Shown here: piece by piece, positions 1 to 8,855 of the stretch
How the letters are laid out: every line of letters begins with the position of its first letter
Position numbering within the stretch: the stretch's first letter is position 1
From: Theionarchaea archaeon
GTDB taxonomy: Archaea; Methanobacteriota_B; Thermococci; Methanofastidiosales; SZ-28-30
Reading direction: 5' to 3'
Length of the DNA: 38,237 bases
Assembly: GCA_018992685.1 (NCBI GenBank)
Contig: JACVGT010000039.1
Span: 1-38,237, forward strand
Notes under the pieces: generated by a model
The model's database searches: none
What the model saw: the letters and a program-made list of their open reading frames with translations, nothing else
What the model was told of the DNA's origin: nothing
Translations under genes and position numbers: made by a program

Positions 1-2148
1 GTAGGACACTGCAGTATTCACCCATGACCCTTCCACATGGATTGCATCCAGAATAGAGGCAGCATAATCAACGGTGAGGTCATCCTCACCTCCAATCTTT
101 TCCAGCATTGTGGCTGCAGTCTCATGTCGCCAGCAGGGATAGGTGCCACTTTCAGGGACAGCGAGGTTGAAATTCGTAGAGACCAGATACCCATCTCCCT
201 TGTCCTTTCTGGTAAAGGATAACTCACCAGTTTTTCCCGCACTGATAACCACTGCATCACCTGCAGCATCAGCAAAATGGTATTGCCCGTACATTTTTTC
301 CCTGAAGTCAAAGGTTTGGGCCAGTTCTAGCACACTGGCAACATCGGAACATTCTCTCATGGCTTTGATCAAGAACTGTTTAGTAGATCCTGAGAACGGT
401 CGTTCTGGATGAGGAGTCAGCGACATGGGGGGGACTCCACTCCCCGCAACAGCAAGTCCCTTCTCGTTGAAGAGAACGTAGCTGCCACTGGGCGTTCGAG
501 TATCGTATCCTTTCTCATCCCACTCCCGGCCCAGCTGTACATATCCATATCCTTTGTAGGCTGGAAAGAACTCCACTTTGAGCTCTCTGTCAGATATCGT
601 TCCAAGTTGAAGATCTACATTACCCATGAATAGAACAGTCCCTCCACTGGAGGCGGTGATGACTGAACAGAACTCCCGGATTTCATTTCCCGAGAGAAAA
701 GAGTCATACAAGACATGAGAACCTGAGAGGGATAACGTGTGAGGAACCTCTCTGCCCTCCATTCCGGTAGACTGAGACAGCACCGCAACAGCGAGAAGAA
801 CTGCAGTCAATGCCACAGTATCCTTTTTTTCTATTCTGAACGTCGTCTCTCCCCCCCTCTTGTGCGTATTCCCTCTTGTGGAGTTCAGTGTAAGAATGTC
901 AGTACAGTGAGGGTTCTGTCCCTTTCGTGTGGAACCCAGAACTCCCAGGCCCATGACTATGAGGAGGAGAACACTCCCCCCACAGATTCCTTCTGAGTCT
1001 GTCTGACATGTCTGAATCCATTCATCGCATTCCTGTATTTTTTCTGCAGCTCCAGCATGTATATAATTCTGCCTGGCTATCTGGAGAAGAAAGAGAGCTG
1101 ATTCATACTCTTTTTCATCATATGCTATCTTTCCCTTTTCCAAGAAGAAGTCCCCCTCCTGACGGATGAACGTACTGCAGTCATTACCAAGGTCTGCACC
1201 ATAGACGTCATAGTTGCCACTCCTGTCGTCGCTCCAGACCACCATGCTGCTCCACATTTCATGAGTGGACTGTTCAACCTCATCAGTAGTGATCCTGAAC
1301 TCTTCCTGAGTGGAGAGGTCATACCCATAGAGTTCCCAGTTTCCATGTCTGTCATCGCTCCAGACAACAATATCACCAAAGATATCAGGAGAACTCGGAT
1401 TACTGATACCCGTTGCTATCCTGAACTCCTCCTGAGTGGAGAGGTTGTACCCATAGAGTTCCCAGTTCTTGTACACCAGGTCAAAATTCCGTGTATCAAC
1501 CCATACTACAATATCACCATAGATTGCAGGGGAGAATGGGTCTGCATCATCTGTCGTAATCTGGAATTCCTCTCCTGTTGAAACATCATATCCATAGATG
1601 TGCGTGTCCTCCCTATCATCAACCCATATCACAAGGTCACCAGAGACTGCAGGCTGCCACTGCTGAGCATTCTCATCTGTTATCTGGAATTCCTTCCTGG
1701 TGGAAAGGTCATACCCATAGATGTCCCAGGACCCATTTCTGTCATCTTCCCAGACTGCAATAGTGCCGAAAAATTCCAGCGTGGGTTTAATACTTTCAAC
1801 GGAGGACATCCGGAACCCCTCTGAAGTGGAAATATCGTATCCATAGATATGTTCATACCCATTATTGCTCCCAATCCCCACCACAAAAGTGCCGTAGATT
1901 TTCGAGTTACGGAGTTCTCTTCCGTCTACTGTTATGTGAAATTCTCTGTGAGTAGAAAGATCACGTCCATACGTGCCCCATGTTCCATCTCTTTCCTCTC
2001 TCCAGATCACCGTGTCGCCGTAGATTGAAGGAGATTTCTGTTGGTTTTCCCCTGATACAAGGGGGAACTCTGACAGTTCACCCCTACCATGAACGCCTGT
2101 TAAGAGAAACCCCATGATGACCATGAAAACGACGAATCCTTTCTTCAT
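1..2148 (-). CDS. Partial (3' end beyond window): secreted beta-propeller repeat protein fused in frame to an Ntn-hydrolase (C45/C59-like) domain
   Basis: Manual translation: ATG at 2148 with AGGAG upstream, then signal peptide MKKGFVVFMVIMGFLLTG. No stop codon in this frame down to base 1. Contains repeats of the type P.IYGD.VVW.D.R....IYGYDLST.EEF.I, a GICGG-TM-RK segment (~925-990), a second hydrophobic segment (~775-820), then CSVITAS..GTVLFMGNVD, FNEKGL, QYHFADAAG, LVSTNFN and CWRHETA, which are typical of Ntn amidohydrolases. Confidence 0.8.
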   Translation of the reverse strand, partial: MKKGFVVFMVIMGFLLTGVHGRGELSEFPLVSGENQQKSPSIYGDTVIWREERDGTWGTYGRDLSTHREFHITVDGRELRNSKIYGTFVVGIGSNNGYEHIYGYDISTSEGFRMSSVESIKPTLEFFGTIAVWEDDRNGSWDIYGYDLSTRKEFQITDENAQQWQPAVSGDLVIWVDDREDTHIYGYDVSTGEEFQITTDDADPFSPAIYGDIVVWVDTRNFDLVYKNWELYGYNLSTQEEFRIATGISNPSSPDIFGDIVVWSDDRHGNWELYGYDLSTQEEFRITTDEVEQSTHEMWSSMVVWSDDRSGNYDVYGADLGNDCSTFIRQEGDFFLEKGKIAYDEKEYESALFLLQIARQNYIHAGAAEKIQECDEWIQTCQTDSEGICGGSVLLLIVMGLGVLGSTRKGQNPHCTDILTLNSTRGNTHKRGGETTFRIEKKDTVALTAVLLAVAVLSQSTGMEGREVPHTLSLSGSHVLYDSFLSGNEIREFCSVITASSGGTVLFMGNVDLQLGTISDRELKVEFFPAYKGYGYVQLGREWDEKGYDTRTPSGSYVLFNEKGLAVAGSGVPPMSLTPHPERPFSGSTKQFLIKAMRECSDVASVLELAQTFDFREKMYGQYHFADAAGDAVVISAGKTGELSFTRKDKGDGYLVSTNFNLAVPESGTYPCWRHETAATMLEKIGGEDDLTVDYAASILDAIHVEGSWVNTAVSY

Positions 2149-2191
2149 GCTCAGTCTCCTTCTTGAAAGTGTATATTCTCCCTGAATTTCA

Positions 2192-2199
2192 TTAATAAA
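2192..2199 (-). promoter_or_regulatory. TATA-box candidate (TTTATTAA) for the 1..2148 gene
   Basis: Archaeal TATA-like octamer about 45-50 nt upstream of the ATG at 2148. Confidence 0.45.
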
Positions 2200-2270
2200 C
2201 CTTTGGCCCGGGTTCTATATCTTTCCATACTTTTTTCCGAATAGTGGTTGAGGGATAGACATGGTGGAGG

Positions 2271-2424
2271 GAGATGTCGCCAGTTTTAGAAGCACGATGA
2301 GAAATGGCTGTACGCTTCAGAGTTGGCACGGGCATGACATTGTCCAAAACGGGTCTCCACTCGACCACCTCGCTCCACGCCGTGGAGAACTGGCCCAGAG
2401 GCCAGTTCAAGGCGCGAACATCTC
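2271..2424 (-). ncRNA. Candidate structured non-coding RNA of unknown family (~154 nt)
   Basis: Six nested, nearly contiguous helices with G-U pairs that work only on the minus strand. TTTATATA at 2455-2448 places the transcription start at about 2425, the first base of the closing stem. Confidence 0.6.
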
Positions 2425-2445
2425 GTCCTTCTACCTTTCATTGAG

Positions 2446-2455
2446 TTTATATAAA
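2446..2455 (-). promoter_or_regulatory. TATA box TTTATATAAA (palindromic)
   Basis: Consensus archaeal TATA centred about 27 nt upstream of the predicted ncRNA 5' end. Confidence 0.55.
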
Positions 2456-2894
2456 TTACGGTTCAATAAGTGATAATATTTTTTTTTACATAAAGATTTG
2501 GGAATAAAAAAGACATTTTCCGTGCATTCTTTAAAAAATGAGTTCTTTTCCCAAAAGAAGGACCGATACATTATTAAGCAAGGAGAAATATGATATATTG
2601 CTGTAGGGACAGACGACTCTGAACGCCCAAGTCACCAGAACCTTTCCCTACAGCACCAGTAGAGGGTATGGTGACTGGCCAACAAGACTTAAAGATGAGA
2701 ACTCAAGAGCGACTGCAGACCTTTCATCACACATCCTCGATGCCAGATTTCTGAATACTCTTGATTCTACCTGAATCTTGGACGACATATGAAGGTTCTC
2801 CGGAAAAGATCACGGGCAGCTACATCCTTGATCATGAGTCAACTATCATAACATTTAAAATGGAACCAGGAAATCCATTTCAGGCGGGTGTATC

Positions 2895-4085
2895 ATGAAT
2901 GCGATCGTCAGAGTTCAGGGGTTCTGGCTGAACCATACTCATTCGTTCTTTGTGATAGTGCGATTCCTTTTTGCCAGTGCAAATGGGCTTACTGCAGCTA
3001 TTGGGACGATATATCTTTTGGGAAAAGGATTGTCCTACACCGAGATAGGGACGGTATGGAGTGTTTCACTCTTCTTTTCAACAGTACTGGATTTTCCCAC
3101 GGGGAATTGTGCTGATCTCTACGGGAGGAAACTCACCTATGCACTGGGCGTCATCTCCATTGGGGCGGGAATGGTGGTGTACGGTATGGGCACTGCCCTA
3201 TGGATGTTCCTCGTGGCGGCATTCCTTATTGGGTTCGGTACTGCTCAGATCAGTGGATCACTCTCCTCATGGATAGTGGATGAGCAGGTTAAAGCTCATA
3301 AGAAGGGCACAATCAGCAAGATCTTTGGTGATGGCAGTGCTTCGGCGTCAGCCGGGGGCATTATGGGTGGCGTGCTGGTTGGGCTATTTTTCCGTGGCTC
3401 GCTGGAAATCGTCTATTTTGCCAGTGGCACCCTCTTTTTCCTGACAGGGATCTTTACATTCACGTCAATTCCAGAAAACTACGGACAACCGGGCGGGAGA
3501 TGGATCCAGTTACCCAAGAACGTATTAACCCATTTTATCCACTCGTTGCCCCTGGTTCTCCTTTCACTGACACTGGTGTTGATGTTTGCCTGCTACACCG
3601 TCTTTTTCTTCATCTGGCAACCCCTGGCGCTTCAGCTGCAGATCCAGGAAGGAGATTTGGGCTTCCTGTATGCGATTTTCATGGCAGGATCTGCTGTGAG
3701 CGCATTCATAATGGGGAGAATGAGCAGAAAAATCGGGGACGTCACTATCTTGATGATGTGTTTCGCCTGTGCAGCAACTGGATTCCTCACAATTGCCCTA
3801 AATGCTGGCATGATTGGACTGACAGCCGGGCTCATACAGTATGCAGTGGGGTATGGTGGATTCATCCCAGTCCTCTATGCCTGGATGAACACCTTCATTC
3901 CAAGTTCAATTCGAGCTTCCACCAGTTCTCTCATTGGTACCATCGGCACCGGTGGGATAATCGTGCTGCAGGTTATCATGGGTGCTTTCATCGAATCATA
4001 TGGACTGTCTGCAGCTTCCTTGTGTGCTACAGGATTTGCTGCTGCCGGTATCTGTGCTCTGCTCTTCCTTCCAAAGACATCATGA
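2895..4085 (+). CDS. MFS transporter (~12 TM, efflux-type)
   Basis: 396 aa, highly hydrophobic. MFS motif A-like PTGNCADLYGRK in loop 2-3 and GRMSRKIGD in loop 8-9. TTTAAAA about 35-40 nt upstream. Confidence 0.9.
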   Translation: MNAIVRVQGFWLNHTHSFFVIVRFLFASANGLTAAIGTIYLLGKGLSYTEIGTVWSVSLFFSTVLDFPTGNCADLYGRKLTYALGVISIGAGMVVYGMGTALWMFLVAAFLIGFGTAQISGSLSSWIVDEQVKAHKKGTISKIFGDGSASASAGGIMGGVLVGLFFRGSLEIVYFASGTLFFLTGIFTFTSIPENYGQPGGRWIQLPKNVLTHFIHSLPLVLLSLTLVLMFACYTVFFFIWQPLALQLQIQEGDLGFLYAIFMAGSAVSAFIMGRMSRKIGDVTILMMCFACAATGFLTIALNAGMIGLTAGLIQYAVGYGGFIPVLYAWMNTFIPSSIRASTSSLIGTIGTGGIIVLQVIMGAFIESYGLSAASLCATGFAAAGICALLFLPKTS

Positions 4086-4111
4086 GAATGACGTGCGGAT
4101 TACTGCCTGTC

Positions 4112-5329
4112 TTACCTTGCTCTCCTGCTGACTGACAACCCTACAAGCACAACACCTGCTATAAGTCCTGTTCCCAGGCAGAATCCTCTGTTAGCTTCCT
4201 GGATCTCCTGAACCCATGCATCACACTCAGCAACCTTCTCAGATCCATGCTCCAGATAGATGTCCCTTGCTTTCTGAAAATACTCCAGAGCCTTTTCATA
4301 GTCTTTCTCTTCAAAAGCCTTTTGACCCTGTTCAAAGAGTGAATCTGCCTCTCGGATCTCCCTAACTACCCGAAGATTACAGCCGAAGAGATTGATCTCA
4401 CGGTTCTTGTCATAGGCTCTAAAGACCACCGCATCTCCATAGATTACTGCGTCATATCCCTCAACAATCCAGAGTTCTTCTCCGGTCAGAAGGTCATATG
4501 CATAGATATCTGAGTCATATTCACGTTCCTCTTTCCACAGCACAGTATTCCTGCATATGTGCAGCAGCAATTGACGGCCTGGCCTCACTATGACAGGAAA
4601 TTCCTCCTTGGTGGAAAGGTCATATCCATAGATATCCCCCTCATCGTCCTGACTGGCTACCCAGAGTACGACATTCTCATAAACCTGTGGAACACTCTGA
4701 TAGGAAGGACCCACAGCAATCGGGAATTCCTCACCCGTGGAAAGATCATATCCATAGACGTCCCAATCACTGTTCCTGTCATCCACCCATACCACAATAT
4801 CTCCATAGATTGCAGGATCCCCCTGGTTGCGGGGATGATCTGTTATCTGGAACTCCTCTCCTGTTGAAAGCCTCTTCCCATAAATATCGCTCGGGCCATT
4901 CCTGCTATCTTCCCATACCACAATGTCCCCATAGATTGCAGGAAGCCACTGGTCATTCAGGTCATGGGTAATCTGGAATTCCTCTCTTGTGGAAAGGTTA
5001 TACCCATAGATATCAGAATTACCGTTTCTGGTATCTTCCCACACCACGATATTCCCATGGATTGCTGGATTCTCCTGGCAGTCGGGATCATCAGTTATCT
5101 GGAATTCCTCTCTTGTCGAAAGGTTATACCCATAGATATCATGGTTCATGGGAGAGAAATCTCCCTTGTCATTCCTCCAGTCTTCCCAGACCACGATATT
5201 CCCATAGATTGCTGGAAACCATTCTTTTTGGGGAGTGTCTGTGATCTGAAATATGCTCGCGTCATCCGGGGTGACAAGCTGTGTAAGGAGAAAAAGTGTA
5301 CATATTGGCGCTATTTTGTTCAATTCCAT
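4112..5329 (-). CDS. Cell-surface beta-propeller repeat protein with TPR-like helix pair and C-terminal Cys-TM-basic anchor
   Basis: Signal peptide; about 7 PAIYGDIVVWEDxRN..DIYGYNLST.EEFQIT repeats (Methanosarcina-type beta-propeller repeat); ADSLFEQGQKAFEEKDYEKALEYFQKA; tail GFCLGT-TM-RRAR. Confidence 0.85.
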   Translation of the reverse strand: MELNKIAPICTLFLLTQLVTPDDASIFQITDTPQKEWFPAIYGNIVVWEDWRNDKGDFSPMNHDIYGYNLSTREEFQITDDPDCQENPAIHGNIVVWEDTRNGNSDIYGYNLSTREEFQITHDLNDQWLPAIYGDIVVWEDSRNGPSDIYGKRLSTGEEFQITDHPRNQGDPAIYGDIVVWVDDRNSDWDVYGYDLSTGEEFPIAVGPSYQSVPQVYENVVLWVASQDDEGDIYGYDLSTKEEFPVIVRPGRQLLLHICRNTVLWKEEREYDSDIYAYDLLTGEELWIVEGYDAVIYGDAVVFRAYDKNREINLFGCNLRVVREIREADSLFEQGQKAFEEKDYEKALEYFQKARDIYLEHGSEKVAECDAWVQEIQEANRGFCLGTGLIAGVVLVGLSVSRRAR

Positions 5330-5551
5330 TCTCTCACTTCCTTTCTATCTTCAACATGCAGCAGATGATCCAAATGATCATCACTGTCTCTCAAGAGGTC
5401 CACGCTCCTTCAGAGGTTCCCTCACTCCATTGTTCATGGCTATGTCTTCGACAGCACATGTCCAGGTTCCTCTCTTGAGGATTGTGCGTGTACCCATGAG
5501 TAAGATCTTCTCTTGGGAGAAACTGCTCGAGAAGATGAAAATTGCTGGACT

Positions 5552-6775
5552 TCATCTCGCTCTCCTCCTGACTGACAACCCTACCAACACAGCACCTGCA
5601 ATAAGTCCTGTTCCCAGGCAGAATCCTTTCTTCGCTTCCTGGATCTCCTGAACCCATGCATCACACTCAGCGACCTTCCGAGATCCATGCTCCAGATAGA
5701 TGTCCCTTGCTTTCTGAAAATACTCCAGAGCCTTCTCATAGTCTTCTTTTTCAAAAGCCTTTTGACCCTGTTCAAAGAGTGAATCTGCCGTTCGGACCTC
5801 CCTGACTACCTGAAGATTGCAGCCAAAGAGATTGATCTCGCGGTTCTTGTTAGAAGCTCTAAGGACCACCGTATCTCCATAGATTACTGGATTATATCCT
5901 CCAGAAATCCAGAATTCTTCTTTAGTCAGAAGGTCATATGCATGGATATCTGAATCATATTCATGAGGGGATTCAAAGACAACAATATTCCCGAATAGCT
6001 GCGGCAGCCTTTGATTGGCAGGTTCTACGATGAGAGGTAAGTCTTCCCCCGTCGATAAATCGTATCCATAAATATCGCAATCATTACTCCGACATTCACT
6101 CCATAACACAATCTGTCCAAAAATTGTAGGTTCGAATCGATACTGGGTATCTCTCGTCATCTGAAACTCTTCATTTCTGGAAAGATCAAACCCAAAAATA
6201 TCCCACGGGCCATTTCTATCATCTCCCCATACGACAATTGTCCCATAGATTGCAGGGTCTACTTGGTTGTGAGGATTGCCTGCTATTTGAAATTCCTCTC
6301 TTTCTGCAAGGTTGTACCCATAGATATCGGGCGTGCCGTTTCTATCATCTTCCCATACCACAATATCCCCATAGACAGCAGGGGACCGTTGGGCTTGTGG
6401 GTCATCAGTTATCTGGAATTCCTCTCTTTTTGCAAGGTTGTACCCGTAGATATCGAAATTGCCGTCTCTCTGATCCTGCCAGACCACGATGGTTCCATGA
6501 ACTGCTGGATTTCCCTGCCAGTTAGGATCATCAGTTATCTGGAATTCCTCTTTTGTTGCAAGGTTGTACCCATAGATATCAGTATTTACAGGAGAGATGC
6601 TTTTGGGATCCTGATTCCTCCAGTCTTCCCATACCACAATATCCCCGTACATGGCCGGTGCCACCTGCTTTTCCGGGTTATCTGTAATCTGGAATATGCC
6701 TGTGTCATCTGAGGGGATAAACTGCATCAACATGAGAAATACAATGATTGCTCCTAGCCTATCATAAGATATCAC
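5552..6775 (-). CDS. Cell-surface beta-propeller repeat protein, tandem paralog of 4112..5329
   Basis: Same architecture. The last ~110 codons are nearly identical at DNA level (offset 1440 bp). GAGGTG SD lies before the GTG start. Confidence 0.85.
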   Translation of the reverse strand: MISYDRLGAIIVFLMLMQFIPSDDTGIFQITDNPEKQVAPAMYGDIVVWEDWRNQDPKSISPVNTDIYGYNLATKEEFQITDDPNWQGNPAVHGTIVVWQDQRDGNFDIYGYNLAKREEFQITDDPQAQRSPAVYGDIVVWEDDRNGTPDIYGYNLAEREEFQIAGNPHNQVDPAIYGTIVVWGDDRNGPWDIFGFDLSRNEEFQMTRDTQYRFEPTIFGQIVLWSECRSNDCDIYGYDLSTGEDLPLIVEPANQRLPQLFGNIVVFESPHEYDSDIHAYDLLTKEEFWISGGYNPVIYGDTVVLRASNKNREINLFGCNLQVVREVRTADSLFEQGQKAFEKEDYEKALEYFQKARDIYLEHGSRKVAECDAWVQEIQEAKKGFCLGTGLIAGAVLVGLSVRRRAR

Positions 6776-7165
6776 TCTCTCACCTCTTTTCTGCCTTGAG
6801 ATGCCACAAGAAATGGAGTGATCAAGAGATGAAGACTATTACTACTTAACATAGTCCCTCCTTCCATGAAGTGCTCTGCGCGGCTCAACATTCTGAGACT
6901 GTGAGACTGATGTCCTTCAAGGACATCGTAAAGAACGGTTGATCCTTGCCAGTCTCCTGGTACACTCCATACGTGTGTGAATCCCACCAATACATTGCTG
7001 TTCTCCATACTCGCGATGGGAGACTCAAATATTTAAGGTTTTTCTTCATCTATTCTCTTCCTGACAGATACCCACATCCTGTGACCACTGGATTTGAAAG
7101 ACCAGTCAAGTAAGATATTCTGAGGAGAAACCTGCTGGAAGAATCCTGCCCCTTATCTTCTGGTT

Positions 7166-7664
7166 TTGGGTTGGATGTGCTTTAGTTCCCATTGCTGTGT
7201 GCGCATCTGTAGAAATTGCGAGTCTGGGTCTCCTTTGGTATCTAGACGGGATGCCCTTGCTCTAGTTGCGTGGGTGTCTGGTCATCACAATGTCGCTATA
7301 GCTGTTCTGTTGTTAATCGGCTACATAGTTGGAAAAATCATTGATGCTATTATTGATTGGATTCGTAATATGATTATTTTGGCTCATCAAAAACCAAGTG
7401 GAGAAGACATTGTTCACCTTGCTGATGCCATTAGAAAATATATGGAAAACGCAGGAATAGAAGTTGAAAATAGATAACCTCTCACGCAATCCAGATGATT
7501 CATATACTGTGACTTTCAGTGATGGCAGTAAGCAGACATTCAAGAAGGTGGGTGATGATTTTGTTCCAGTTCCCACTCCAAGCAATGATCCTCAACCAAC
7601 TAGTAATAATTCCTCATCCAGCACAAGTGGCGGGTACAGGAGATTATGCACCCAGGGAGCCTAA
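7166..7664 (+). pseudogene. Probable frameshifted gene remnant (two overlapping ORFs 7166..7477 and 7464..7664)
   Basis: Removing one A from GTTGAAAATAG (~7463-7473) joins ...NAGIEVE to IDNLSRNPDDSYTVTFSDGS.... The stretch is AT-richer than its neighbours and has no convincing start. Confidence 0.35.
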
Positions 7665-7817
7665 CCAATACTACTAGGAAAGGTCTGAGTCCAAAGGGTT
7701 TAAAACCCCAGCCTTAAAACAGTGAAGGTGACAAGAAAAGAACAAAAGGACAACTGCAATGAAAACAGAACGGCACCATGTTGTCACTATTCAGAGTGTT
7801 ATGAATAGCCGAGAGAA

Positions 7818-8324
7818 TTGAAGGAGATGATACCTACGAATGTGTCAAAAAAAGCATATAAAGCAAAGAAAAGAGCATTATATATCAGGATAATCCAGGT
7901 AATAGTGGTTTTTGGCCTCTATGTGTTAGTCTCTCAATATACTCATGGCATGACAGGAAGACTCCCCGATTTCTTCAGTGGTCTGGATTTCATCTTTGGA
8001 GGTCTTTTTTGTATAGCTATCAGTGAACTCATTTGGAAAGCATTCAGGCCAGTCGCACGAATGTGTGAACACTTCTTCGTTACGGAATATGACCACCAGG
8101 TCATAGAATGGGACAAAATAGAGAAGGTCGAACTGAAAGAGAAATGCCTGAATCTTCATGCGCCGGAGGAACGTGCGAAAACCTATGTTGTGTCCTTCTC
8201 TAATATCGAGAATGCTGAAGAACTCATAGAGGATACCAGAACCATGTGCAAGACCAAAGGGATCGCCTTTGAAGCAGTCTCTAAGAATACTGAGGATATA
8301 GAATCCCTACAGGGGGAGCATTAA
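7818..8324 (+). CDS. Hypothetical membrane protein (2 TM plus soluble C-terminal domain)
   Basis: 168 aa. Basic N-terminus, two hydrophobic helices, and an IEWDKIEKVE motif reminiscent of PH-like membrane-associated domains. Start uncertain. Confidence 0.6.
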   Translation: MKEMIPTNVSKKAYKAKKRALYIRIIQVIVVFGLYVLVSQYTHGMTGRLPDFFSGLDFIFGGLFCIAISELIWKAFRPVARMCEHFFVTEYDHQVIEWDKIEKVELKEKCLNLHAPEERAKTYVVSFSNIENAEELIEDTRTMCKTKGIAFEAVSKNTEDIESLQGEH

Positions 8325-8855
8325 ATTGGGCAGATTAAGGCATTGTCTCCTTTTTCCATTCTTGCTCTTCACAAAGCTGCCTGCAAGCCAAAGATGCGAT
8401 TGTGTAAGCTTTTTTCGCAGAGTACAATAATAACTTATCAGTGCTGAACCAGATTGAAAGTGTTAAAATAGATGGAACTGAACTAAGTACGAAGGTAATG
8501 TCTGTTTCACCTAGTGGGTCACGAAATAGTTCATGTTGAACAGATTGTTAGTGGAAATGTATTCTGATTTGCTGGATCCTACATGAGAACGCAAGCTACC
8601 ATCTCTGTCACTCAGATTATGGGAAAAAGATCTTTCTCAAATCATTAGTATGATATCCCCATATATTTTTGGCCCTTCTTGATCACCTAGGGATTCAAGC
8701 CATTAAGACAAATCCCTCGCAGGGCTAATAACCGTAGGAACCAGCGCATCCTGTCATTTTCTTTCCTCTATTTCCATCATTATAATAAAAGGAAATCAAA
8801 AAGCTTATTACCCTATGAATAGGTATGTGCATAACATCTCAGAAGGAGGTATATC

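Noticed and set aside
2192-2473. Short ORFs 2192..2410 (-) and 2261..2473 (+)
   Set aside because: No recognisable motifs. The region is better explained by RNA structure.
8688-8725. AGGGATT/AATCCCT inverted repeat upstream of the peptidase
   Set aside because: A single 7-bp stem with no supporting context.
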